In this document: piece after piece, positions 9,181 through 18,022 of the stretch
How positions within the stretch are numbered: position 1 is the stretch's first letter
Layout: every line of letters begins with the position of its first letter
Source: Candidatus Harpocratesius repetitus
GTDB lineage: Archaea > Asgardarchaeota > Lokiarchaeia > Sigyniarchaeales > Promethearchaeaceae
Reading direction: 5' to 3'
DNA length: 32,000 bases
Assembly: GCA_021498095.1 (NCBI GenBank)
Contig: JAIZWK010000001.1
Coordinates: 3,690,001-3,722,000, forward strand
Notes under the pieces: generated by a model
The model's database searches: none
Told to the model about the DNA's origin: nothing
What the model saw: the letters and a program-made list of their open reading frames with translations, nothing else
Position numbers and translations under genes: made by a program

Positions 9181-10869
9181 TTGAGATGTAAAGGAATGAC
9201 CAGGAACCGACTTGAACTTCAGAAAAAAATATACAATCTTAAAAATTCATTATTTTCTTCACTTCCAATTACCAGTTTGAATAATTTCAATGAATTCGAT
9301 TTAAGCATTCCATCAAAACCTAGTTTAATTCAAAAAATTTTTCCAAACAATGTTCTTTTTGTTTTATTATGTGCTCTTCTAATAAAGCTGATTTTTTTTA
9401 TTTACAGTCTATATTGTTATCAAAATGGAATATTAGTGGCATCACAGAATGTTTTTAATCAATTTGCAGCACATTGGTGGGATTTAGAAGGATTAAGTGA
9501 TTTTGCGGGGGATTATATTCCTTGGCATACTAACTGGATGAATGGGGAAAAACTTTATACAGCTGCCTTTAAAGGAAGGTATCTTTATCCACCTCTATAT
9601 TATTATTTAATTCATATTTTTGCATATTGGACCGTTTTTTCTGCCCCAATTGTTATTTTTCTCTGTAATATTCTTACAGGATACTTTGTTTTTCGTTTAG
9701 CATTAAATTTTGGCGCAACACCGAAAGCTGCAAAAATTATGATGGTTTTATGCCTTTTATCCCCATTTAATTTATTTTATAGCGATTTTGTTTGGCAGAA
9801 TACAGGGGTAGTAACAACTTTTTTAGTAGTATCTATGTTTAATATTTCACAAGAAAATTACAAATGGGGGATGTTCTGGTTAGGAGTTGCAATGAGTATT
9901 AAACAAGTTGCTTTCTTTTTCTATCCATTCCTTGTGATAGGAGTTGCATATTCACCTTCTTTTTGGAAAAGTCATTTGCAAAGAAAAGGAAAATTACGCA
10001 GAAAAGAATCAAAAATACCCCTTTTTGACTATATTAGGAATTTACCATTAAGTTCAATAATCTTTTATGGATTAATCCCAATTGAAATCTTTTTGATTGC
10101 CTCTTATCCTTACATTTTCGATGATCCTGGAAAATACATCAGCATTCTCTTTAATAATCATCGAACTTCGAATTATGAATGGGTTTATAATATTTTCTCT
10201 CAAATTGTTCCTGTCAACAGTAATTCAACTTTTATAGGATATTTTCCTGATTTAACAATAAATCCAAAAAATAGACCTTATCAAGTCAATTACAGAACAT
10301 CACTTGCTATTGCATTTGCATGGATTGGATATGTTTTAGGAATTCCTCCAAATATTACAGCAACTTTTGCTGTGATTTTCCATATGCAGTTATTTTTATA
10401 TGTAATCACAATTATTTTAGGTGCTTTTTATTGGTGGTTTTTAAACCGAACAAAATTCTCTTCAGATCAAGAATATTATTGGTTTATGTGGAATATAGGA
10501 GGACTTGCATTATTTACAGTGATTCTTTTTGCAGAAATTGGAATTTACAAGTACTACTTAGTTTCTTTAACCCCATTTTGGGCAATGTATGGAGGAATCA
10601 GCCCTTTAAATCATGAACGTTGGAAAAAAGCTCAAAAATATTCGATAAAAGAAATCATCCATGTTCCATCCAGGATACAGAATCAATTATTTGGAGGAGG
10701 ATCATACTTTCACATTATTGAACAATCAATTCTACAAATTGCAATGATCCTTTTTAACAAATGGTTAGCCGTTATCTATTTCTACTTGCCTTTATATCTT
10801 TTGGGTTTAGCTTTTTTTTTGGTACAAATGTTTCGAGAAGAATTTCTATCTATTCTGAGGAAAAAATAA
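9181..10869 (+). CDS. Polytopic GT-C-fold glycosyltransferase-like protein (GT87/DUF2029-like); probable start ATG 9196
   Basis: Luminal-loop DF..DY and YLYPPLYY motifs, WQN, SIKQVAFFFYP, more than 10 TM segments. Confidence 0.6.
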   Translation: MRCKGMTRNRLELQKKIYNLKNSLFSSLPITSLNNFNEFDLSIPSKPSLIQKIFPNNVLFVLLCALLIKLIFFIYSLYCYQNGILVASQNVFNQFAAHWWDLEGLSDFAGDYIPWHTNWMNGEKLYTAAFKGRYLYPPLYYYLIHIFAYWTVFSAPIVIFLCNILTGYFVFRLALNFGATPKAAKIMMVLCLLSPFNLFYSDFVWQNTGVVTTFLVVSMFNISQENYKWGMFWLGVAMSIKQVAFFFYPFLVIGVAYSPSFWKSHLQRKGKLRRKESKIPLFDYIRNLPLSSIIFYGLIPIEIFLIASYPYIFDDPGKYISILFNNHRTSNYEWVYNIFSQIVPVNSNSTFIGYFPDLTINPKNRPYQVNYRTSLAIAFAWIGYVLGIPPNITATFAVIFHMQLFLYVITIILGAFYWWFLNRTKFSSDQEYYWFMWNIGGLALFTVILFAEIGIYKYYLVSLTPFWAMYGGISPLNHERWKKAQKYSIKEIIHVPSRIQNQLFGGGSYFHIIEQSILQIAMILFNKWLAVIYFYLPLYLLGLAFFLVQMFREEFLSILRKK

Positions 10870-10870
10870 A

Positions 10871-11677
10871 GTGGTGGAAAGGATATACGAAAGTTCTTTA
10901 GAAAAGAGAATTTTTTATTCTTACCAGATGGATACTCCCACAAACTTTCTGAATATTATTTCGGGAAAATTTACCCGACGGCAGCTTTTACATTATATGG
11001 GTCTTTGTGCGGGATTATTTTTTGCCCTACTTTTCATTTCATGGCAATTCTATCCTAAATCGTTAAATTATTCTATTTTGACTCATACAATTTCATACTT
11101 AGGAGATTATACGCAAAATCCAAAAGGATGGTTATATTTTACATTTTCATTTATTGTGATTGGATTATCATTTATACCCTTAATCTTTTATATTCATAGT
11201 AGAGTTGTATTGATTGAGCGATGGTGGGGTCGCTTAGGTAGTTTATTCTTAATTGAGGGGAGTATTGGAATAATAATCATTGCATTTTTTCCTGATGTTC
11301 ATGGTGCCGATTTCTTTCAAGATATGACTTTAGGTAAAGCACATGTATTAATTTCTACAGTAACATTCTTGCTTTTTAGTGCAGGATTTACTATTTATGG
11401 AATTCTATTCCTTGTAAATGCTTATCCTAATATTCATCGTGGTAAACCTGATTTATATCCAAATGCCCATACTCGTTATGTCTTTATTTCTTTTGCAGTG
11501 TTTGGGATGGGCACTTTAATTACACAAATTATTTCCAATATTAGGGATTATCCATGGCCAGGACCTGGAATATATAGTTTTCCTCTCTGGGAGTGGTTAC
11601 TCTCATTTAACTTCTTTATTTCGATCTATTGGCTTGCTTTTACCCTACCTAATAAAATTCCATCAAATCAAGCGTGA
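10871..11677 (+). CDS. DUF998-like membrane protein
   Basis: YS...TISYLG...NPKG, several TM helices, C-terminal PLWEWLL; starts 1 nt after the GT-C stop. Confidence 0.65.
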   Translation: MVERIYESSLEKRIFYSYQMDTPTNFLNIISGKFTRRQLLHYMGLCAGLFFALLFISWQFYPKSLNYSILTHTISYLGDYTQNPKGWLYFTFSFIVIGLSFIPLIFYIHSRVVLIERWWGRLGSLFLIEGSIGIIIIAFFPDVHGADFFQDMTLGKAHVLISTVTFLLFSAGFTIYGILFLVNAYPNIHRGKPDLYPNAHTRYVFISFAVFGMGTLITQIISNIRDYPWPGPGIYSFPLWEWLLSFNFFISIYWLAFTLPNKIPSNQA

Positions 11678-11682
11678 AATAA

Positions 11683-12399
11683 CTATTTAATTTCTTCTTT
11701 TACATGGTTGGGAATGATAAGATATAAACTATAGATATAAAAAACATAAGAACCAAGCAAAAGCCATTCCCATAATGGAAGATACATCATAAAAAAGTAA
11801 ATTCTCCAGAAATAATATAACCAATAAAAAGTAAAGGCAGTTAAAAAGCCAATCATAATCACATCAGAAACAAGATATAAACATACAAGTTGCCAAATTT
11901 TAATCCACCCCATTTTATCTTTAATACTTTTGATAAGTGTATACATATTAAAGGAAAATGCTGTGAAAAAACCAAAAAAAGCTAATCCTGCAAAAATATA
12001 ATGGATTAAACCAGAATCTTCTGAAAAAATACCAACACCAAACACACCCAATGCGGAAAAGAGAAGGATTATAGTAAATATGTATGTAGTAATTTTAGCG
12101 ATTGGACGTAATTGGCGAAAAAGAAAGAATATATAAGGAATTAACCCTAATCCTGCAATCGACATGCTTAAACTCCAAATTGAATGACCAATCGGATTTT
12201 TTATTCTATTTCCAAGACTACTTACACTCATACGAAGAAATTGATAATGAATAGGGTATTTTAATATAGAAAATGTGTAAGAACTAAGGAGAATAACTAA
12301 AAGACAAATAAGAAGCACACCATAAGCATGCTTATGAGATTTTCCCTTTAAAAAATCAAGGATTCGTCTAAAAATAGACTTAAAATTCATATTTTTCAT
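11683..12399 (-). CDS. DUF998-like membrane protein (paralog of 10871..11677)
   Basis: SVSSLG...NPIG, GVGIFSED..IHYIFA and PLWEWLL. Confidence 0.7.
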   Translation of the reverse strand: MKNMNFKSIFRRILDFLKGKSHKHAYGVLLICLLVILLSSYTFSILKYPIHYQFLRMSVSSLGNRIKNPIGHSIWSLSMSIAGLGLIPYIFFLFRQLRPIAKITTYIFTIILLFSALGVFGVGIFSEDSGLIHYIFAGLAFFGFFTAFSFNMYTLIKSIKDKMGWIKIWQLVCLYLVSDVIMIGFLTAFTFYWLYYFWRIYFFMMYLPLWEWLLLGSYVFYIYSLYLIIPNHVKEEIK

Positions 12400-12401
12400 G
12401 A

Positions 12402-14711
12402 TTAATCATTGAATGTGGCAAGCTTACGATATAATGGAATAAAATCGCTAAATGAATTAATATCATAATATCTAAGTTTGTTAGAAATAAAATCAGAAAC
12501 TAATTCTTTAAGTGAAATATTTCCCATTCCAAAGATATTAACTTGAATCTTATCAAATTGATAGAAATTACTAAGGATTTTTTCTAGTTCAGGAAAATCA
12601 TCAGGGGTTGCATCAGTTATAATTATTAGTTTAATTGGACGAGTTGGTTCTTTTTCTCTTAGTTTTCTTATTATTTCTTCTGATTTTGGTAATATAGATT
12701 GAATATGATGAAATGTACCTGATTCTAATTCTACTTGTTCTAATAAATTGTGAATGAATGATACTAAAACAGATGTACTGTAAATATTTGAATTTAACCA
12801 ATCATCTTGATTAATTGTACTAATTATTTCTTCATGATCTTTGAAAACTACGATAGAAATATGTTCTTCAATTTTTCGTGAGATTTTTTCAATAATATAC
12901 AAAAATATGAAAAATAGAGCAGTATTAAGCCGTGAAATATGCGATCTTGCAGAAATCATCGGAAATGGAGATTCTATTGAAAGTTGTGAAAGAAAATTCT
13001 CTACTTTCCGCACTTCTTTATACTCCTTATTCACTTCAACATCACGAGCTAACATACTTCGTGTTAAATCAAAGAGAATAAGAGTATCAACTGGAACTAA
13101 GCCCTCTATTGATATTTCAATTTCTGAATTCGCAGAAATCTTTCCTATTTCTTGAGGACCTAAAGCTGGTGAACACGATTTAAATTTAAAAATCGAATCA
13201 AAATCTGGGTGCTTTACTTGCATCCGTGGAAATATAAAATAATTCAGAAAAAAGATTCTAATACTTTCTTTTCGATTTTGAATATTTGTTGTAATTTTAT
13301 TATAACTTTCTGACGAATTAGGATTGATTTTTGCTAATAAATATAATTTTTTAATATTAACAACATTTTTTGGTCGTTTTTGAATTGAGAGTAGATCTTT
13401 ATTGTTAAAATCAAACCATAGAATGTTAGGATCTATTTCAATTCTTTCATTAGATATTGTAAAATCTGTTTGAACCTTTGCATATGTCGTAAGATTAGTA
13501 TTGGATTTACTAATTCCCACAATATCGCCCAGTTTTACACCCAAGGCGTTAGCATTCCGAAAGTTTATCTTTACTTTTCCTATTAACTCATGATTAAAAA
13601 TTGGTTTAAAAGTAAGTTCTCTTACTTTAATAATCGGTGGTTCCATTGAAAAAACAACCAGTTTCGGAACTAGAACTTCAGCAATCTGATTCTCTTGGAA
13701 CATTTCTTTATCCATTATAATTGTCTCAACTTCAATTTTACTTATTTCTATAGTTGCCATTCCTTGCCTTCTTGATATTGGATCTTCCCAACCAAGAAAA
13801 GCACCCGGAAATAGAGAAAGACGATTTGCTAATTCTTGTGAGATTAAAATATTTCCATTTAAATCTCGATCAACAATTTTACATCGAACTATTTGAGAAT
13901 TAGGAATAATTAAATGCAGCTGTTCTACAGAAATTTTATTTGGATAATTTTCAAGATTTATTGAATCTTTTTCTTTATATTTAACTAATTCATTCGATTC
14001 TATTGTAAATTCTACATTTTGGTTCTTAATAGTAGATGTCGCAATAAAATCGTCAGCTAATGAGTCTGTCTTAATTTCAGATATATTACGATTCTCTTTG
14101 ATATTCTCAGAATGTATCTCTTTATTTATTCCCTTATAATATTCTTTATTTAACACTTTATCTGGAAAAGGTTGTTCTATTTTAGAATCATCAATTTGTT
14201 TGAGTTTATTCTCTTCTGTTGTATTTTTCCCTACATTACCATATTGGTTTAATTCATTATCCATATTTTTGGAAAAAAGAGATAGATTATCAAGTGCTTT
14301 CTCGACATCTGGATGTAAAACAAGATTTTGAGATTCTTGAGCCATTTTTTGCGATAATACTTCTTCAAAAAGTTGAGTTTGACTTTTTAAATCTAATTCA
14401 TCAATTTTATATTCTGAATATTCTTCCCCTGGATTGATAAATTTCGCAGCATTTTCTGCTTTAATGGTTTTATTTTGTGAAAATGGTAATGATTGAAAAA
14501 GTTTAGGTAATACAATAGTTCCTTCTGGAATCGTAGGAGATATTCTCATAGGAACATGAAAATAATTATGCCATCGTCGATTAGTAGAAAATAATCGAAT
14601 AGTTCCACCTTCGGGTAATCCTATCTTATGCGCATCTATCTCATTCATTTCACAATAAGGAAATTTATTCAATTCAAATTGAAATTTCAGACTGATCCGC
14701 ATACCCATCAC
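12402..14711 (-). CDS. Multi-domain protein: three Cdc48-N-like double-psi barrels, a Cdc48 Nc-like subdomain and a C-terminal VWA domain; no ATPase. Probable start ATG 14702 or 14708
   Basis: Barrel motifs EIDAHKIGLPEGGTIRL, ISQELANRLSLFPG and INFRNANALGVKLGDIVGI; Nc-like SCSPALG...ISANSEIEI; VWA LILFDLTRSM, IVVF, IIITD. AGGTGA SD at 14708-14713. Confidence 0.7.
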   Translation of the reverse strand: MMGMRISLKFQFELNKFPYCEMNEIDAHKIGLPEGGTIRLFSTNRRWHNYFHVPMRISPTIPEGTIVLPKLFQSLPFSQNKTIKAENAAKFINPGEEYSEYKIDELDLKSQTQLFEEVLSQKMAQESQNLVLHPDVEKALDNLSLFSKNMDNELNQYGNVGKNTTEENKLKQIDDSKIEQPFPDKVLNKEYYKGINKEIHSENIKENRNISEIKTDSLADDFIATSTIKNQNVEFTIESNELVKYKEKDSINLENYPNKISVEQLHLIIPNSQIVRCKIVDRDLNGNILISQELANRLSLFPGAFLGWEDPISRRQGMATIEISKIEVETIIMDKEMFQENQIAEVLVPKLVVFSMEPPIIKVRELTFKPIFNHELIGKVKINFRNANALGVKLGDIVGISKSNTNLTTYAKVQTDFTISNERIEIDPNILWFDFNNKDLLSIQKRPKNVVNIKKLYLLAKINPNSSESYNKITTNIQNRKESIRIFFLNYFIFPRMQVKHPDFDSIFKFKSCSPALGPQEIGKISANSEIEISIEGLVPVDTLILFDLTRSMLARDVEVNKEYKEVRKVENFLSQLSIESPFPMISARSHISRLNTALFFIFLYIIEKISRKIEEHISIVVFKDHEEIISTINQDDWLNSNIYSTSVLVSFIHNLLEQVELESGTFHHIQSILPKSEEIIRKLREKEPTRPIKLIIITDATPDDFPELEKILSNFYQFDKIQVNIFGMGNISLKELVSDFISNKLRYYDINSFSDFIPLYRKLATFND

Positions 14712-14793
14712 CTAATACTTTTATAGAAATAGAGCTAAATAATATAACTCTTTTGATAATCTTCAAGAGATCAAGAGATAAAAAAGATCTGAA

Positions 14794-15183
14794 TTATTCA
14801 GATTTAGGGTACGTTTCGCTTATTTTCTGGGCATAAAACCGAAAAACAGCAACAGTTTTACCTAAATCCCGAATAGAACGGGATGCACCAATTAGAAAAA
14901 ACCTCCCTGCTGCAGAAATAACCATAAAACTTTTTTTTCCTCGTAAAACAACTTCAATAAGCTTGTTATATCCAATTTTAACTACAGAATCATTACCGCT
15001 TTGAAGAAGAACCGCGCCCATTGCACATAAGGCATCAGGATCAATTTCATAACCAGAAACTGCAGAAAAAGCTAATCTAAGCCCTTCTTTGGTTACTAAA
15101 GCTAAAGCTTCAAGTTCAGTATTCTTAGTAATATTCGAGAGATAAGCACTTAGTTTTTGGGCATCATCTTCATTTAATGACAT
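14794..15183 (-). CDS. Roadblock/LC7 (MglB/LAMTOR-like) protein
   Basis: 129 aa; LEALALVTKEGLRLA, ALCAMGAVLL, LIEVVLRGKKSFMVISAAG and LG..VA pattern. Confidence 0.9.
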   Translation of the reverse strand: MSLNEDDAQKLSAYLSNITKNTELEALALVTKEGLRLAFSAVSGYEIDPDALCAMGAVLLQSGNDSVVKIGYNKLIEVVLRGKKSFMVISAAGRFFLIGASRSIRDLGKTVAVFRFYAQKISETYPKSE

Positions 15184-15204
15184 TTTTTTTCACAAATATT
15201 TTTT

Positions 15205-15222
15205 TTATTTATAAATTTTTCA
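15205..15222 (-). promoter_or_regulatory. Candidate archaeal BRE-TATA promoter for a leaderless roadblock transcript
   Basis: The - strand reads GAAAAA TTTATAAA TA, with the TATA 3' end about 25 nt upstream of ATG 15183; no SD present. Background is AT-rich. Confidence 0.4.
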
Positions 15223-15225
15223 AGA

Positions 15226-15981
15226 TTATTTCTTTTTTAAGAATTCAATTGCAATTACAGTTTGATCTTTTACTAAAACTCGAGGTGCATATCCATCAGC
15301 AAAAAATAATCCCTCAGGTAAAGTAGAAATAGGCTCAAGAACGCGCTCTATATTTTCTTTACCTAGAAAAGATTGCTTTTTTTCAGTTACTGAATAAGCA
15401 TGATCCCCTATTATTACCATTTCTCTTTCAAATCCTGCTGGAATTTCTTCTTCATCTAACAAATGAATAATCTCTTCCAATTTTGCTTTACTCGGAGTTT
15501 TTGTATATGTTGTAGATGAACTTGAAGTAAAGAGATGATCATTATCTCCAGTGTAAAGTGGTCCAGATTGTTCAATTTGATTATATTTAGAGTGATAAGA
15601 AGAAGGCGGGGTTTTTGGAGGAGGACTTCCACTAGGTTCACGAAATTGAATTTCATTACCTTCTTCTCGAATTTCATGAGCAAAACCTTTTGTTGGGGGT
15701 TCTTCAATTGCTTCAAGAAATTCTGGCTCTTTGTTAGTATCAACTTCTTCTAGAGAAACAGAACGATAACTTAATCCAACTTGTGATCTAATATCTTGAC
15801 TAATCCGCGCACCATTAAATTTTGATCTAACGGATGCATTTGTTCCTATCCAGAGGTAAACGACTCGTTTTTTATCATCGACTAAAACGTAACATTCTTT
15901 GCTATCTAAGAGCTTCTTTATAGGCTGTTCCTCAGTGATCTCATGTGCTTCACCATTTCCCCTTACTATGAACAGTTGCAT
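15226..15981 (-). CDS. Asgard single-domain gelsolin with C-terminal extra domain (1DGelX-like)
   Basis: LDSKECYVLVDD...VYLWIGTNAS..SKF gelsolin repeat (aa about 1-92), then a Pro/Ser linker and a C-terminal globular domain. AGGAG SD upstream. Confidence 0.85.
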   Translation of the reverse strand: MQLFIVRGNGEAHEITEEQPIKKLLDSKECYVLVDDKKRVVYLWIGTNASVRSKFNGARISQDIRSQVGLSYRSVSLEEVDTNKEPEFLEAIEEPPTKGFAHEIREEGNEIQFREPSGSPPPKTPPSSYHSKYNQIEQSGPLYTGDNDHLFTSSSSTTYTKTPSKAKLEEIIHLLDEEEIPAGFEREMVIIGDHAYSVTEKKQSFLGKENIERVLEPISTLPEGLFFADGYAPRVLVKDQTVIAIEFLKKK

Positions 15982-16044
15982 TTTCTTACTCCTATACTTA
16001 ACATAACCTTTGATTTGCTAAAAATCGTTGTTTATTAATAGTAG

Positions 16045-17649
16045 TTAATTTTTTGTGTTGATAAATTTTTTGAGAAATATTCGAATATGATAAATCAAAT
16101 CTGTCGCTGAAATTCGATCACCAATTTCTTCACAAATTTCTTCACCTAATCTTCCATTTAGATAGGCACCACTAATTGCAGAAGCAAAACCATCATTTTT
16201 CAAAGCAAGTAAACTACCAACAATACCTGCTAAGACATCACCTGTACCTCCTACAGTCATTGCAGGTGTGCCTCTTGTATTTAATCGGATATGATTATAA
16301 TCAAAATTTACAATATTTGTAGGGGTATCTTGAGAAAATGCATCGTATATAATATCATAATGCCCTTTGAAAAGAAATATTCCCCCAAATTTCTGAAGTA
16401 ACGGTGATATTTTGTTGATAAATGGTATGAATTCAGAGGGGATTTCATGTTTTGGTATTTTAAGTAATCTTTGAAGTTCTCCTTTATGAGGAGTAATAAC
16501 TACATGTTTATTTGAGAAGCGGAAATGATCATCATGAAAGAGAGAAGCGAGGCTAGTAATCGCATCTGCATCTATTACAAATGGAATTGCTTGAGAATCA
16601 AGCCAGCGTATTAAATCTTTTGAAAACAATATTGATTCGGGATTATCCCCCAAACCAGGGCCAAGAACAACAGCATCGGCCCATTTGCATAATTCTTTTG
16701 CTGCTTGAAGATCATTAAGAGTGAAAATTTCATCTTCTCCAGAAAGAACGATGAAATTTGCATTAAAACTACGAACAACGTTATCAATACTTTTAGGAAC
16801 AAAAATTTTGACTAGATCAAGTCCCATTTCGACACCAGCAAGAGCTGCAAATGTAGGTGCCCCAGAAAAAGACTTTGAACCACCAATAATAAGAAGTCGG
16901 CCATATTGACCTTTATGGGCATTATTTGGTTTGGATTTGATGCATTGAAGCAAATCTCCCTTACCTACTAACAACTCTGCTTCTCTTGGAATGCCAATAG
17001 ATGCAATATGTTTATTCTTTGAATTTTTTAAACCTGTTTTTTCTCGATGGAAAGTCACTCGAAAATCACATTTAACAGCAATATCATCAATATTACCAGT
17101 ATTTGGATCCATTCCTGAAGGAATATCCACTGAAATTTTAGGAATTGATAGAGAATTTATTAATCGAATAGCAGAAGCTGTTGGTTCACGAATTTTCCCA
17201 GAAACACCAGTTCCTAATAATGCATCGATAATTAAACTACTATTTTCCTCAATATTCTCCCTTAATGATTCAGTTAATTGACTTGAATCCCGAATTACAT
17301 GAATCTTGACGGATAATATCAATCGTTTTAATATTTTAAAATTGAGTCTTGCTTCTTCAGTTCGGATTTTTATTGGATCTCCACATAAAAACACATCAAC
17401 AATATAACCTTTAGAAGCAAAATGGCGAGAAATTACAAATCCATCGCCCCCATTATTACCATTTCCACAAAAAACAGTTATTCTTTTATCTGTTGAAGGC
17501 GAAAATTTACGAATAATGGATTCTACAGCCTGTAATCCAGCAGATTCCATTAAAAGAATTTTAGGAATTCCTATATCTTCAGCATTATTATCAAAACGAC
17601 CAATTTCTTCCCCATTCACTGCTTGAAATAAATAAAGCATAGATCTCAT
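16045..17649 (-). CDS. nnr: Bifunctional NAD(P)H-hydrate epimerase/dehydratase
   Basis: CGNGNNGGDG, DALLGTG, DIPSG (epimerase); HKGQYG, GPGLG, DADA, TPHKGE, GGTGDVLAG (dehydratase). Confidence 0.95.
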   Translation of the reverse strand: MRSMLYLFQAVNGEEIGRFDNNAEDIGIPKILLMESAGLQAVESIIRKFSPSTDKRITVFCGNGNNGGDGFVISRHFASKGYIVDVFLCGDPIKIRTEEARLNFKILKRLILSVKIHVIRDSSQLTESLRENIEENSSLIIDALLGTGVSGKIREPTASAIRLINSLSIPKISVDIPSGMDPNTGNIDDIAVKCDFRVTFHREKTGLKNSKNKHIASIGIPREAELLVGKGDLLQCIKSKPNNAHKGQYGRLLIIGGSKSFSGAPTFAALAGVEMGLDLVKIFVPKSIDNVVRSFNANFIVLSGEDEIFTLNDLQAAKELCKWADAVVLGPGLGDNPESILFSKDLIRWLDSQAIPFVIDADAITSLASLFHDDHFRFSNKHVVITPHKGELQRLLKIPKHEIPSEFIPFINKISPLLQKFGGIFLFKGHYDIIYDAFSQDTPTNIVNFDYNHIRLNTRGTPAMTVGGTGDVLAGIVGSLLALKNDGFASAISGAYLNGRLGEEICEEIGDRISATDLIYHIRIFLKKFINTKN

Positions 17650-17746
17650 CCTTAGTGAATAATATACAATTGCAATTTTTTAAAGTTCCGATAATATTTA
17701 AAATAGAATAAGCCAAAAAAAATGAATTAAGAACAATTTAATTAAA

Positions 17747-18022
17747 TCATTCTTCCGATAATTCAAATAATTCACCAAATGCTTCCCGTTCTTCTTCAGT
17801 CATTGATTTTTCTTTCTTCGTTTCTGTAATGACCATTGTTTTTAGGGCGCGTTTCTTTTCTTTTTTATAAAAGTTCCGATCTTTCAGTTTTTTTTGAACT
17901 TTTTTATCCTTATTTCCTCCAACTTTATCAATTGGAAATGATTTTTTACAGATTCTGCAGTAAAGTTCGTCAGAATGTTTTTTAGGATACAGCAGATTGC
18001 TACATATTGGGCAAAATTTCAT
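17747..18022 (-). CDS. TFS/RpoM-like N-terminal zinc ribbon protein lacking the C-terminal cleavage ribbon
   Basis: MKFCPICSNLLYP...LYCRIC. The C-terminus is Lys-rich then acidic, with no second CxxC pair and no QTRSADE motif. Confidence 0.7.
   Translation of the reverse strand: MKFCPICSNLLYPKKHSDELYCRICKKSFPIDKVGGNKDKKVQKKLKDRNFYKKEKKRALKTMVITETKKEKSMTEEEREAFGELFELSEE

Noticed and set aside
12402-14711. Cdc48/VAT AAA+ ATPase
   Set aside because: No Walker A (GxxGxGKT), Walker B or second region of homology.
12402-15981. VWA plus neighbouring gelsolin as a split Sec23/Sec24
   Set aside because: No Sec23/24 zinc finger, beta-sandwich or helical domain is evident; the VWA is preceded by Cdc48-N-like barrels, and the gelsolin looks like the actin-binding Asgard type.
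10320-17281. Nested ORFs 10320..10616, 12841..13155, 14219..14437, 15456..15743, 15535..15753, 16611..16802, 16721..16909 and 16991..17281
   Set aside because: Alternate-frame or antisense overlaps of longer supported genes, with no recognisable domains.
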